DNA of 56,356 nt from Thermoproteota archaeon (GTDB taxonomy: Archaea; Thermoproteota; EX4484-205; JAAOZP01), in the NCBI GenBank assembly GCA_038848185.1, contig JAWCNV010000013.1, forward strand, positions 1-56,356, written 5' to 3'. The first letter of the stretch is position 1. Each line of letters begins with the position of its first letter. Below, in pieces: positions 46,945 to 56,238 of the stretch. Position numbers and translations under genes: made by a program. The notes beneath the pieces were generated by a model that ran no database searches, had not been told where the DNA came from, and worked only from the letters and a program-made list of their open reading frames with translations.

Positions 46945-47957
46945 CCTGTTCCACTAAGCTTCTCCACTAGCTTCGGAACTATTTTAAACATGTCTTCCAC
47001 TATTATGTAGTCCGCGTCCTCGAATATGGGGGCCTTAGGATCCTTGTTTATGGCTACGATAACCTTCGCGTTTCTCACGCCAACCGTATGATGCATCGCT
47101 CCCGAGATTCCGCACGCCACGTATAGATCTGGCCTCACTGTTTTACCGCTTTCACCTATCATGCATTCCGGGGGAAGCCATCCTGCATCTGTTACTGGCC
47201 GGGTAGCCCCCACCGTTCCCCCTAAGGCTTCCGCAAGCCTTTTAAGAATCCTGACTCCTTCAGGGCCTCTCGCCCCCACTCCCACTCCGACAACTACCCT
47301 TGCGTTCTCAAGCTCAGACTCCTCGGGGCCTCTTTCAACCTCGAGAACCTCCACCTTGTCATCGTCTTTTATCAGATCAACCTTAACGTGGAAAACCTTT
47401 CCCTTACCCGGGGCTTTCGCCGGAACCGGAAAGGTTCCTGGTCTGACTGTAGCGATCTGCGGCCTATGGTAGGGGGTGACTATTGTTGCGACGACGTTTC
47501 CTCCGAATGCTGGAACTATTTGATACAGGATTCTCTCAATCTTCTCACCCTTCTCCTTATCCTCGAAACAACCTATGTCTAAGTCGATGCAGTTCGCGGT
47601 TAAGCCTGTCCCAAGGCTCGCAGCCACCCTCGGCGCCAAGTCCCTGCCCAGACTGCTTGCTGTGAACAAAACTATCTCCGGCCTATGGCTTCTAATAAGC
47701 TCCGTCAGCAGCCTAGTGTACGTAAGAGTCCTGTATTCTTTAAGCGTTTCATCGTCAGCAAGGTAAATCTTGTCGACGCCATATTCAGCCAACGTGTTTA
47801 CGAGGCGGCTTACACCATGGCCGAAGAGAACCGTTGCCAATTCAACTCTGAGTTTGCCGGCTAGTTCACATGCCTTACCGATTATTTCCAACGTGCTCTT
47901 GCTGACGACGCTATTCCTATGCTCAGCATACACCCATACTCCTGAGTAGCCGTTCAT
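46941..47957 (-). CDS. etfA: Electron transfer flavoprotein alpha subunit (FixB-like)
   Basis: GRDLAPRVA..L.TGLTA.C, PAFGGN, TVRPG, GATRP, GKTVRPDLY.ACGISGA, AINKD..APIF. Confidence 0.93.
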   Translation of the reverse strand: MNGYSGVWVYAEHRNSVVSKSTLEIIGKACELAGKLRVELATVLFGHGVSRLVNTLAEYGVDKIYLADDETLKEYRTLTYTRLLTELIRSHRPEIVLFTASSLGRDLAPRVAASLGTGLTANCIDLDIGCFEDKEKGEKIERILYQIVPAFGGNVVATIVTPYHRPQIATVRPGTFPVPAKAPGKGKVFHVKVDLIKDDDKVEVLEVERGPEESELENARVVVGVGVGARGPEGVRILKRLAEALGGTVGATRPVTDAGWLPPECMIGESGKTVRPDLYVACGISGAMHHTVGVRNAKVIVAINKDPKAPIFEDADYIIVEDMFKIVPKLVEKLSGTG

Positions 47958-48757
47958 TGTTCAGCAGCCTCCAACATTATGTCATGTTCCTGCAGCCTTC
48001 TTAAGAGATTATTCACTACCTCTTCAACGCTCTCGCCTTCAATCAGAATTCTTCTCCTCTGGGCGCTTACTTTCTCGACTTTCATTATTTTAGTGGGCGA
48101 GCCTGCTAAGCCAACCTTATCAACCTCGGCACCAATATCCTCAAGAGACCATGTTACAACAGGCTTCTTAACAGCTTCAAGTATTCCTGAAAAAGTAGTG
48201 GCCCTGGGCTTATTGACATTTTTCAAAACCGTCAGCAAGGCGGGCAGCGCTATCCTAAGTTTCTCGAAGCCCTCTTCAACTCTCCTCTTTAGCACAACAT
48301 GATTTCCGTTGACTTCGAATTCCTCCACGAATGTTGCCTGCGGTATTCTCAGGAATTCGGCAAGCTCCGGACCCACTTGGGCAGTACCGCCATCGCTAGA
48401 TTCAAGTCCGCATAAGATTAAGTCATATGGCCCCAGCTTCTCAATAGCCTTGTAAAGGACATATGATGTTGCTAAAGTATCTGAACCCCTGAGCCTCCTA
48501 TCCGAGATTAAGAAAGCGTCGTCAACGCCCATTGCTAGAGCCTCTCTGAGAGCATCCTCAGCCTTAAGTGGACCCATGGAGACAGCTATCACTCTAGAGT
48601 TGAACTTCTCCTTAAGCTGAAGCGCCGCCTCTAATGCGTTTTTGTCACACTCGTTTATCACCGCCCTCGCCCTCTCCCTGTCAAGGGTTCCGTCCTCTCT
48701 CACCCTGACATACTCTCTAGGATCAGGAACCTGTTTTACCAGGACTATGATGTTCAA
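47954..48757 (-). CDS. etfB: Electron transfer flavoprotein beta subunit (FixA-like)
   Basis: LVKQVPD, GTLDR, D.NALE.A, SMGP, GSDTLAT, DGGTAQVGP, GLAGSPT. Confidence 0.94.
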   Translation of the reverse strand: MNIIVLVKQVPDPREYVRVREDGTLDRERARAVINECDKNALEAALQLKEKFNSRVIAVSMGPLKAEDALREALAMGVDDAFLISDRRLRGSDTLATSYVLYKAIEKLGPYDLILCGLESSDGGTAQVGPELAEFLRIPQATFVEEFEVNGNHVVLKRRVEEGFEKLRIALPALLTVLKNVNKPRATTFSGILEAVKKPVVTWSLEDIGAEVDKVGLAGSPTKIMKVEKVSAQRRRILIEGESVEEVVNNLLRRLQEHDIMLEAAEQ

Positions 48758-48759
48758 CC

Positions 48760-51282
48760 TTAATCACCCGTCTCATACCTGCTTAAAGCGGCAACCTGGA
48801 TCGGAACAACCTTCCTATACACTTCCTCAGGCCTCCTAACTACTCCCTTGACCCTTAGAAGGTCTTCAACCCTTATTCCGAAAAGCTTCTCGTTCTCCAT
48901 TAGCAAGGGGAGTATTCTATTCCAGTCTTCGCTCGTGATGCTTTCAATCTTCCCGCCGTTAAGCTGGTCTTCACCAACGGTCTTCCTAGGATCCCTCATA
49001 TATACTGCGCCAGCAGCAGCAAGGGGAAGGAGGTTTCCACCGTGATAGGGCGTTTCCTTCTCGACAAGCTTACCCTGCTCATCGAACCTGACCCCATTGA
49101 GTATGATGAGGCCTTTGGCAGCCATGAAGGACTCCCCCATGTAATCCATACAGGATCCGTTTATAACTGCGGTTGCGCTTCCGACAGCGTTTATCAAAGG
49201 TCTGTCTATTAAGTCTCCTTGGATAAAAGTTACACCCCCCTTCGCACCGTACTCGAATGCTTTTCCCGCATCACCGTATACGACGAGTTTCCCAGACCTA
49301 AAGCAGTAAGCAACAGAATCCTGCACGCTTCCATGCACGTAGAACTCTGGGCCGTCTGCGAATGCTGCAAGACAGTCGCCAACCCTCCCATACACATCTA
49401 TCCTGACCCTTTCCCTTGCTACGAGGCCTGCGCCGAAATTCCTCTGGCCCCTGAAGTTGTAAGCTATGAATCTTCTCCACCCGAGTCTACACGCTTCCTC
49501 AAGCAGACTGCAGATTCCTTCATCGCCTTCAGGTGGGAAATCGTAAGCATCTATCACTAGAACACTGTCCTCCCCAGGAGGTTCTGTAAGCCTTCCTTTA
49601 GAGCCCCAGTCGACCCGTCTAAACCTGCTTAGCGATGCTGTTCCTATTAGCGGCTCTCTGCTCAGAATCCTGTAAACCGCTTTCTCGAAAACGGGTATTA
49701 AACGGCTCCTCGTTACTTTTGATGGGTACCTCCTGTCCATGAGGAGTGTCAGCAAGTCCACTGCCCTCATTGTCTCGACATCGCCTTTCGCACTGTATTC
49801 TTCTAAGATTTCTACGAATGAAGTGATCTCATTGATGGACCGGTATCCAATCCTTCCGGAAAATAGTTTAAACAGTTCTGCGGTATTAAGCTTACTAAAA
49901 GCCTCCTCAACATTCTTATCCTCCACGCAGGCAGCGTCTTCTGATTCTAGCCCTGCACCGTTGAACCCCGTTTGGACAATGGTCGCTTCAACAGTCGCTT
50001 TTTTACCAAATTTATCAGTGCAGATAAGGCTCCCATGCCCATCCACAGTATATATGAAGGCTCCGCCATCAGTATAGCTTCCCCCTCTCGCGTACCAATA
50101 TGAATCCGCCATCGGATGGAACCTCTCATCATGCTTTGAAAGCTCTTCCAGCATAGCGTCTATCGCCTGCCTCTCGGAAGCGATAATCCCAATCTTAACA
50201 GCGCCCTCTTGGAGGGCGAAGACCTGTGGTCTGAGCATGGACGTGTCTGTTATACCTATTAACTGGAAAACCCTGTTTTCAGCGTCATTCCTAGCTATTA
50301 TGAAGAACCATGGGCCATCCGGTGAGCCGTGAATATGAGTGGCCTGAATGGCTTTGTATATTTTTTTCTTTTCATCCGGCAGCATTGCGAAATCCCTTTC
50401 AGTCGTGGGGGCAATCGCCTCAATCGCGTACTCCAACGGATACTTGTAGACTCTGGTCAAGAGATCCCAGTATAGGACGGCAACCTCAGTATCGGTCAGG
50501 AACAGTGGGTATATTTCTCTCTGCTTAAGATATTCTGTTATCGAGAAATAGTTAGCGAAATCACCGTTATGGACAAGGGCATCGTTTAAACCAATGAAGG
50601 GATGTGACCCTCCTGGATGCCACACCTTTCCCTTAGTAGGGTACCTCTGGTGGCCTATCCAGACGTAAGCCTCAAGGTCTTCAAGCATGTAGTATTTTAT
50701 GACTTGCTCGGCATAGCCAACGATCTTTAGAACAAACATGTTTCTCCCATGCGACAATACAAATGCCTTCTTCAAACCTGAAGTATAATACTTCCTGTTT
50801 AATGTGAAGCTATTCCTATATATGAACTCGTCCTCCATGCCTCTCTGGTTTAGCACTTGTATGCCACGTTCTTCAGCGAACTTTTTTAACGCGTCCTCAT
50901 CAACTCTGACAAAGTATCGCCAGACTTCTGGAGGCTTCACACTTAGGCCAATGCTCTTATGGTCCCTGAGTGTTGGGAGCTTTTCAAAATGTTCAATTCT
51001 CATATGCGGTTTTATGAATTCCGATTCCAGCCTCCTCCTTATGCTTGGAACCAAATAGGCTACCTGAAGCAGGTAGCAGTCCTCCAGAACCTTTTTAGAA
51101 ACACCCAGCTGCTTAGCTGAGAGTCCTACTGCAGCTATGCCACCGCCCTTACCGTTGCCCCTGTTATGCATCTGCATGAGGGGCCTAAGCAGAAACATTC
51201 CCTTTACTGGTATTGAAGAAGCCACACCGATTACGCCACAGCCACCTTCCTCAACCCTTTCTAAACCTTCCAAGCCCATCAC
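48760..51282 (-). CDS. gltB: Glutamate synthase subunit: Ntn glutamine amidotransferase (GltB1) fused to GXGXG beta-helix (GltB3)
   Basis: EEGGCGVIG (Ntn Cys after a short propeptide), RGNGKG, HQRYPT, HPF, HNGD, TDTE, DGP; C-terminal GQR.FGAG, G.VGD, GDAG, AAAG. Confidence 0.85.
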   Translation of the reverse strand: MMGLEGLERVEEGGCGVIGVASSIPVKGMFLLRPLMQMHNRGNGKGGGIAAVGLSAKQLGVSKKVLEDCYLLQVAYLVPSIRRRLESEFIKPHMRIEHFEKLPTLRDHKSIGLSVKPPEVWRYFVRVDEDALKKFAEERGIQVLNQRGMEDEFIYRNSFTLNRKYYTSGLKKAFVLSHGRNMFVLKIVGYAEQVIKYYMLEDLEAYVWIGHQRYPTKGKVWHPGGSHPFIGLNDALVHNGDFANYFSITEYLKQREIYPLFLTDTEVAVLYWDLLTRVYKYPLEYAIEAIAPTTERDFAMLPDEKKKIYKAIQATHIHGSPDGPWFFIIARNDAENRVFQLIGITDTSMLRPQVFALQEGAVKIGIIASERQAIDAMLEELSKHDERFHPMADSYWYARGGSYTDGGAFIYTVDGHGSLICTDKFGKKATVEATIVQTGFNGAGLESEDAACVEDKNVEEAFSKLNTAELFKLFSGRIGYRSINEITSFVEILEEYSAKGDVETMRAVDLLTLLMDRRYPSKVTRSRLIPVFEKAVYRILSREPLIGTASLSRFRRVDWGSKGRLTEPPGEDSVLVIDAYDFPPEGDEGICSLLEEACRLGWRRFIAYNFRGQRNFGAGLVARERVRIDVYGRVGDCLAAFADGPEFYVHGSVQDSVAYCFRSGKLVVYGDAGKAFEYGAKGGVTFIQGDLIDRPLINAVGSATAVINGSCMDYMGESFMAAKGLIILNGVRFDEQGKLVEKETPYHGGNLLPLAAAGAVYMRDPRKTVGEDQLNGGKIESITSEDWNRILPLLMENEKLFGIRVEDLLRVKGVVRRPEEVYRKVVPIQVAALSRYETGD

Positions 51283-52826
51283 CCTAAGTGATCCAGATGA
51301 ACCAGATAGTTGTACCGTCCTCTCCTAAACTTGACCTCGTCCTTCGGACGGAGCTCCCTGATGCTCCTTAAACCGAGCTTTGAAAGAATATAGTCAAACT
51401 GTTTCTTCCATGAACAGTACATGTTTATTATCCTCTGTGCTCCCCATTCAGAATCTATAAGGAGGCTTAAAGCAGGATCTGTGGTTGCTATTCCGGAGGG
51501 ACATCCTCTCCCCCTTTCACAGTTTCCACATCTCTTACATCCAAGGGCAACGAGTTCGCTTGTGCCTATCACCGCGCCATCAGCCCCAAGCGCTATTATC
51601 TTAGCCACGTCGAAGGCTGTTCTTATTCCCCCACTAGCCATTATGGTTATCTCATCCCTCACGCCCTCTCTTACAAGATAGTTGTGGACAATGGGAATAG
51701 CATACTCAACGGGCATAGCGATGTTCTTCTTAGCTACATCCGGTGCAGCCCCCGTTCCACCGAAACCCCCGTCTATCTGGAGAATATTGGCTCCTGCATA
51801 ATAACTCCCAATGGCAACCATATCAACGTCCGTGGGCGTGGATACTTTCACGGAGACGAGTGCCTTAGGATTGATGTCCTTTATCAGCTGCACATGCCTA
51901 TAATGGTCTTCTACGGAGTAAACGTTGTGAAAGGGGAATGGAGAGAAGAGGCTTATGTTAGGCACAACCTCCCTTATTTCAGCGACCTCAGGGGTAACCT
52001 TGTCAGCGAGAAGATGTCCACCTAGACCCGGCTTAGCACCCTGAGCATACTTCAGACAAACTATTCTTGCCCTCTTGATGGTTTCAGCACTCACGCCGAA
52101 GTGTCCAGTTGCGACTTGAGTTATCACGTTGTCTTTAAAGGGTATGAGTTCTTTAGGATAACCTCCTTCACCTGTGCTCGTGAACGTTCCCCAGGTCTTA
52201 GCTGCAATAGCCCTAGCAATCATAACTCTAAGGCTTATGGAGCCGAATGACATGTCGGCACTATAAACCGGGATCGGGATTACTATTTCGGGTCTCTCAT
52301 CTTTCCTTTTGTTTAAGACTATGGACGTATCAAGATCCTCAACCTCAAAGATTTCATCGAGAGTTATCTTTTCCTGAAGCTCAAAATCGAACCTTATCCT
52401 ATCAAATCCCCCTCCCGAGTCACCTACTTTAAACTCATATCTTCCAGAAGGTCTTCCACTTTCAGCCTGTTCCCAGGTTGAGAGGACGAGGTCGGCCGTC
52501 CAACGCTTGTCTCCGAGAGTAAGATACTGAGGGTTAATCCTAACTGTTAAAGCACCTGTCGGACATGCTTCTACACATCTTCGACAATCCATACCGATAC
52601 AGCGACTGCAAGCATTAGCTATGCGAAGGACCCCATCGGGCTTCTTGAATGCTTCGTATTCGATGTGGGCGGAACCTATGTACTCTGGACAAACTTCGGT
52701 GCAGATGCCGCATGCGGTGCATTTAGCTCTCTCTAAGATAACATCATACTTGTCTATGACATAAGGTTGCTTGAAGAAGGCAGGTTTCACTTCTGGTTTT
52801 TTAAAAACAAGCTTACTCTGCATCAT
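51279..52826 (-). CDS. gltB: Glutamate synthase FMN-binding subunit (GltB2) with N-terminal 2x[4Fe-4S] ferredoxin domain
   Basis: CTACGICTEVCP and CSRC...CRRCVEACP; MSFGSIS, TGEGG, QVATG.FGV, KYAQGAKPGLGGHL, SPFP.H..YSVED, DG..GGTGAAP, SGGIR, CKRCGNC...CPSGIAT. Confidence 0.92.
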   Translation of the reverse strand: MMQSKLVFKKPEVKPAFFKQPYVIDKYDVILERAKCTACGICTEVCPEYIGSAHIEYEAFKKPDGVLRIANACSRCIGMDCRRCVEACPTGALTVRINPQYLTLGDKRWTADLVLSTWEQAESGRPSGRYEFKVGDSGGGFDRIRFDFELQEKITLDEIFEVEDLDTSIVLNKRKDERPEIVIPIPVYSADMSFGSISLRVMIARAIAAKTWGTFTSTGEGGYPKELIPFKDNVITQVATGHFGVSAETIKRARIVCLKYAQGAKPGLGGHLLADKVTPEVAEIREVVPNISLFSPFPFHNVYSVEDHYRHVQLIKDINPKALVSVKVSTPTDVDMVAIGSYYAGANILQIDGGFGGTGAAPDVAKKNIAMPVEYAIPIVHNYLVREGVRDEITIMASGGIRTAFDVAKIIALGADGAVIGTSELVALGCKRCGNCERGRGCPSGIATTDPALSLLIDSEWGAQRIINMYCSWKKQFDYILSKLGLRSIRELRPKDEVKFRRGRYNYLVHLDHLG

Positions 52827-54220
52827 CCAGAATCACCAAACACCTTTTCCTCAAGCTCCTTGTAGAATATGGCTCTACCGAGCTCACCCCTCAGCCTCCT
52901 CACCTCTCTCAAACCCATTCCGCCAAGAACTTCGAGAAGCTGGTCTCTCCAAGCACTGACGAGGTTCACAATCCTTTGGGAAGCAAGGTTGATGTCTGCA
53001 TCTTCAACCCTCATCAGACAATCATCTCGATGTCTATCACCATAACACACTCTGCATCCTAATGCAAGCTGGTATGCTAATCCTATTGCAACCGCGTCTG
53101 CGCCGAGAATTATGGATTTAGGAATGTGTGCAGCCTCAGCAACTCCTCCGCTTGAAATGATAGAAACCTCGTCCCGCACACGCTTTTCAACAAGACGGAT
53201 GTGGACGCTTCGGATAGCGTTTACTATAGCATCAGGTTCCCTTTCGATAATGCATTCATCAACATGAATATGTATAATTTCTACCCCGGCTTTCGCTAAA
53301 GTTTCAGCATCCTCCGCTGCTTCATCGATATTTGAAATCCTAGTACAAACTATTATAGAAGGATTGATCTTCCTCACCTGTTTCAAATAATCCCTTATTT
53401 TCCACTCGCTTGCCTTTTCCTCTAGATAGTGTAGTTCAATGATTCGTGAGGATTCGATAAGCTTGGAGAACTCCATAATTCTGTCGGAGCGAATTCTAGG
53501 CATCAGGTTGAAAACATATGGCGATAAGTCGTCGAAGTAATCCTCCGCCTTTAGGATTGTAAAAGTGTCGAGCATACTGGCAGCCTTGGCTAGTGCAAGC
53601 GTCAGACTCCTGTCAGATGAGGAGGAGAGCGGAGCGTCGAGAATTATGGGAACAGGTATCTCAACCACCCTTGGAGGCTCTGAAACAAGCGTGGAGCCTT
53701 TGAAAACCAAGCTGGGGGGCTTCCTGCCCAGGTCTACTGTGGTTGAAATGTGCTCCCTTCCATGTATCCCGTCCCTCGTAGGTCTAACTATCTCAGAGAA
53801 GTCGAACCAGAAACCGTCGAAACCCTTGCCAGCGAACGACCCTCCATATCCTGATCCCGAAACAGGTATTCTGCCCGTTTCAGCCTCAAAGTAAATGTTT
53901 TCTATCTGCTCAGGTGTGAAGTAGGAATTTCCCCGTTTCTCAAACTCCGGATTTAATTCGACACATATTGCTCCTTTAGGACAAGACAACACGCATCGAT
54001 GACATCCATGGCACCGCTCATCAATAGGCTGAGCAAGCCTCCCGTCCTCGCCGGCTCTCTGAGCCTCGAAAACACATGCTTGTACGCACTCTTGAAGGTT
54101 CACACAGTTATTATACACTCTCACCCTAAACTTAGGAGGGCACCCTGTTTTCCAAGGGGCTTCTTTAACCTCTACATGGTACCGCTTGAAACCAGCCTGT
54201 TTTTCAGGGAATTTTACCAT
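52823..54220 (-). CDS. Second, degenerate glutamate synthase FMN-domain paralog with ferredoxin domain
   Basis: CVNLQECVQAC, CHGCHRCVLSCP, RPTRDGIHGRE, RDEVSIISSGG, LGADAV, GLREVRRLRGE; lacks TGEGG and KxAQGAKPG. Confidence 0.82.
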   Translation of the reverse strand: MVKFPEKQAGFKRYHVEVKEAPWKTGCPPKFRVRVYNNCVNLQECVQACVFEAQRAGEDGRLAQPIDERCHGCHRCVLSCPKGAICVELNPEFEKRGNSYFTPEQIENIYFEAETGRIPVSGSGYGGSFAGKGFDGFWFDFSEIVRPTRDGIHGREHISTTVDLGRKPPSLVFKGSTLVSEPPRVVEIPVPIILDAPLSSSSDRSLTLALAKAASMLDTFTILKAEDYFDDLSPYVFNLMPRIRSDRIMEFSKLIESSRIIELHYLEEKASEWKIRDYLKQVRKINPSIIVCTRISNIDEAAEDAETLAKAGVEIIHIHVDECIIEREPDAIVNAIRSVHIRLVEKRVRDEVSIISSGGVAEAAHIPKSIILGADAVAIGLAYQLALGCRVCYGDRHRDDCLMRVEDADINLASQRIVNLVSAWRDQLLEVLGGMGLREVRRLRGELGRAIFYKELEEKVFGDSG

Positions 54221-54258
54221 CGTTCAATCATCAGTTTTTGAGAACTTAACTTTAGTAT

Positions 54259-54288
54259 TATATAAACTTATCGGAAATTTTTTCCGAT
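54259..54288 (-). promoter_or_regulatory. glt operon promoter: palindrome ATCGGAAA-ttt-TTTCCGAT abutting BRE/TATA (TTTATATA on - strand)
   Basis: Perfect 8-3-8 inverted repeat at 54270-54288; TATATAAA on + at 54259-54266. Confidence 0.7.
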
Positions 54289-54356
54289 TAATTAACGTTG
54301 ATAATTGCCAGCAGAACTGTAACCCATAACCATAAACCGAGTTTGATTCAAGAAAC

Positions 54357-54384
54357 CGGATACATTTTCCGATACATTTATATA
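54357..54384 (+). promoter_or_regulatory. gdhA promoter: CGGA-N7-TCCG palindrome, 5 nt, TTTATATA
   Basis: CGGATACATTTTCCG at 54357-54371; TATA at 54377-54384, ending 27 nt before the ATG. Confidence 0.68.
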
Positions 54385-54410
54385 TGATTTTTTTAGGAAT
54401 GTAAAAAATT

Positions 54411-55748
54411 ATGACTGAGGAGTTAAACCCCTTTAAAAATGCTCAAAAACAGATTGACAAATGTGCTGAGGTTCTTGGTATCGATAAAGCGACACATGCG
54501 GTTCTCAGAGAGCCTATGAGAACACTTGTAGTAAGCATACCAGTCAGGATGGATGATGGTTCTGTGAAGGTTTTCACAGGTTTCAGAGTCCAATATAACG
54601 ATGCCCTAGGTCCCACCAAGGGGGGGATAAGGTGGCACCCTGAGGAGAATCTGGATACTGTTAAGGCTCTAGCAGCCTGGATGACTTGGAAGTGTGCTCT
54701 GCTCGACCTGCCTTATGGCGGCGGAAAAGGCGGGATAATATGCAATCCTAAGGAAATGAGTGTGAGAGAGAAGGAGAGGCTCGCCAGAGCATATGTCAGA
54801 GTTCTCGCGGGCTTTATAGGACCGATGAAAGATGTTCCTGCTCCAGATGTCTACACTGATCCTCAGACCATGACTTGGATGATGGATGAGTACTCAACTA
54901 TCGTCGGGTACAATGCACCTGAAGTCATAACGGGTAAGATGCACATCACTGGAGGCTCTAAGGGAAGAGAGGACGCTACTGCTAGAGGAGGAATGTTTGT
55001 GCTCAGAGAGGCTGCGAAACACCTTAAGATAGGGCTTGAGGAGAACAGGGAGAACCTGTATAAGACGCCTCAGGAACTTGCCAGTCTCCCGGATGAAATT
55101 CCTAAAGGTAAGAATATTGTGACGGTTGCAATACAGGGCTATGGGAATGCTGGTGCCCTTGCACACTTCCTTGCTACAAGGCTCTTCAAGAATGTTAAGG
55201 TTGTTGCAGTAAGCGATTCCAAGGGAGGAATATTCAACGAGGATGGGCTGCCATATGGGAAGGTTAAAGAGGTTAAAGATAAGACGGGGAGTGTCGTAAA
55301 CTATAAGCCCTCTAAGAAAATAGGCAATGAAGAACTCCTCGAGCTTCCCGTCGACATCCTTATACCGGCGGCTCTTGAAAACCAGATAACTGGGAAGAAT
55401 GCTAACAGGATTAAGGCGAAGATCGTGCTTGAGCTTGCAAACGGTCCGACTACGCCTGAGGCCGACGAGATTCTCCACAGTAAGAATGTATTTGTAGTGC
55501 CTGACTTCTTGGCTAACGCTGGTGGTGTAACGGTATCCTACTTCGAATGGGTTCAGAACCTTTCAAGATATTACTGGGACTACGAGGAGGTTTACAGGAA
55601 GCTTGACGCCAAGATGACCAGAGCCTTCTGGGAGGTTATCGAAGCATTAGAGGAGTTCAAGTCTAAGAATATTGATCCTAGAACAGCAGCCTATGTGGTG
55701 GCGGTGCGAAGAGTCGTCGAGGCGATGAAAGCCAGAGGATGGGTCTAA
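54411..55748 (+). CDS. gdhA: Glutamate dehydrogenase (Glu/Leu/Phe/Val family)
   Basis: [63 protein letters not shown]. Confidence 0.96.
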   Translation: MTEELNPFKNAQKQIDKCAEVLGIDKATHAVLREPMRTLVVSIPVRMDDGSVKVFTGFRVQYNDALGPTKGGIRWHPEENLDTVKALAAWMTWKCALLDLPYGGGKGGIICNPKEMSVREKERLARAYVRVLAGFIGPMKDVPAPDVYTDPQTMTWMMDEYSTIVGYNAPEVITGKMHITGGSKGREDATARGGMFVLREAAKHLKIGLEENRENLYKTPQELASLPDEIPKGKNIVTVAIQGYGNAGALAHFLATRLFKNVKVVAVSDSKGGIFNEDGLPYGKVKEVKDKTGSVVNYKPSKKIGNEELLELPVDILIPAALENQITGKNANRIKAKIVLELANGPTTPEADEILHSKNVFVVPDFLANAGGVTVSYFEWVQNLSRYYWDYEEVYRKLDAKMTRAFWEVIEALEEFKSKNIDPRTAAYVVAVRRVVEAMKARGWV

Positions 55749-55935
55749 CAAATAAGAAGTAGCCTTATCCCATACTTTTTTCACAAGTCTTCGGTAAGCT
55801 TCATCTTTGAACCCGTTAGTATCACCGCCCAGTATTTCATCATAAATCTGAAAACGCGAAAAGCCGGCCATTTGGTCTACGGGCATATCCTTTCGAAACC
55901 TTTTTTCATGCTACCCATTAACCGTGCGAATATGA

Positions 55936-56238
55936 CTACCCTTTCCAGAGTCCTAGCAGTAGCCCGATGATGAACATTAATGAAGAATATGGAAGAATGT
56001 TTCCGAGGCCGCTACCCAAGTTGATTATCACGGGTAGGAATTGCATGGCTTTATCAAAAAGGTCTTGGAACGTGAAACTAACGTAGCCTGTAATAATTAA
56101 GACTATGACCAACAATATTACTGCGAGGATCAGCTTTATGGTGCGTTTCACCACGAATCCGATGAGGAGCCCAATGATGAACGGGACGACAATCGGAACT
56201 ATCCAAGCAATCTCCGGGGGGACTGTTACACCGGACAT
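55936..56238 (-). CDS. Small membrane protein (FUN14-like)
   Basis: IIGLLIGFVVKRTIKLIL...GYVSF...GLLLGLWKG pattern. Confidence 0.6.
   Translation of the reverse strand: MSGVTVPPEIAWIVPIVVPFIIGLLIGFVVKRTIKLILAVILLVIVLIITGYVSFTFQDLFDKAMQFLPVIINLGSGLGNILPYSSLMFIIGLLLGLWKG

Noticed and set aside
55647-55935. 79-aa minus ORF and gap after gdhA
   Set aside because: It overlaps the gdhA 3' end by ~100 nt and has no recognisable motif
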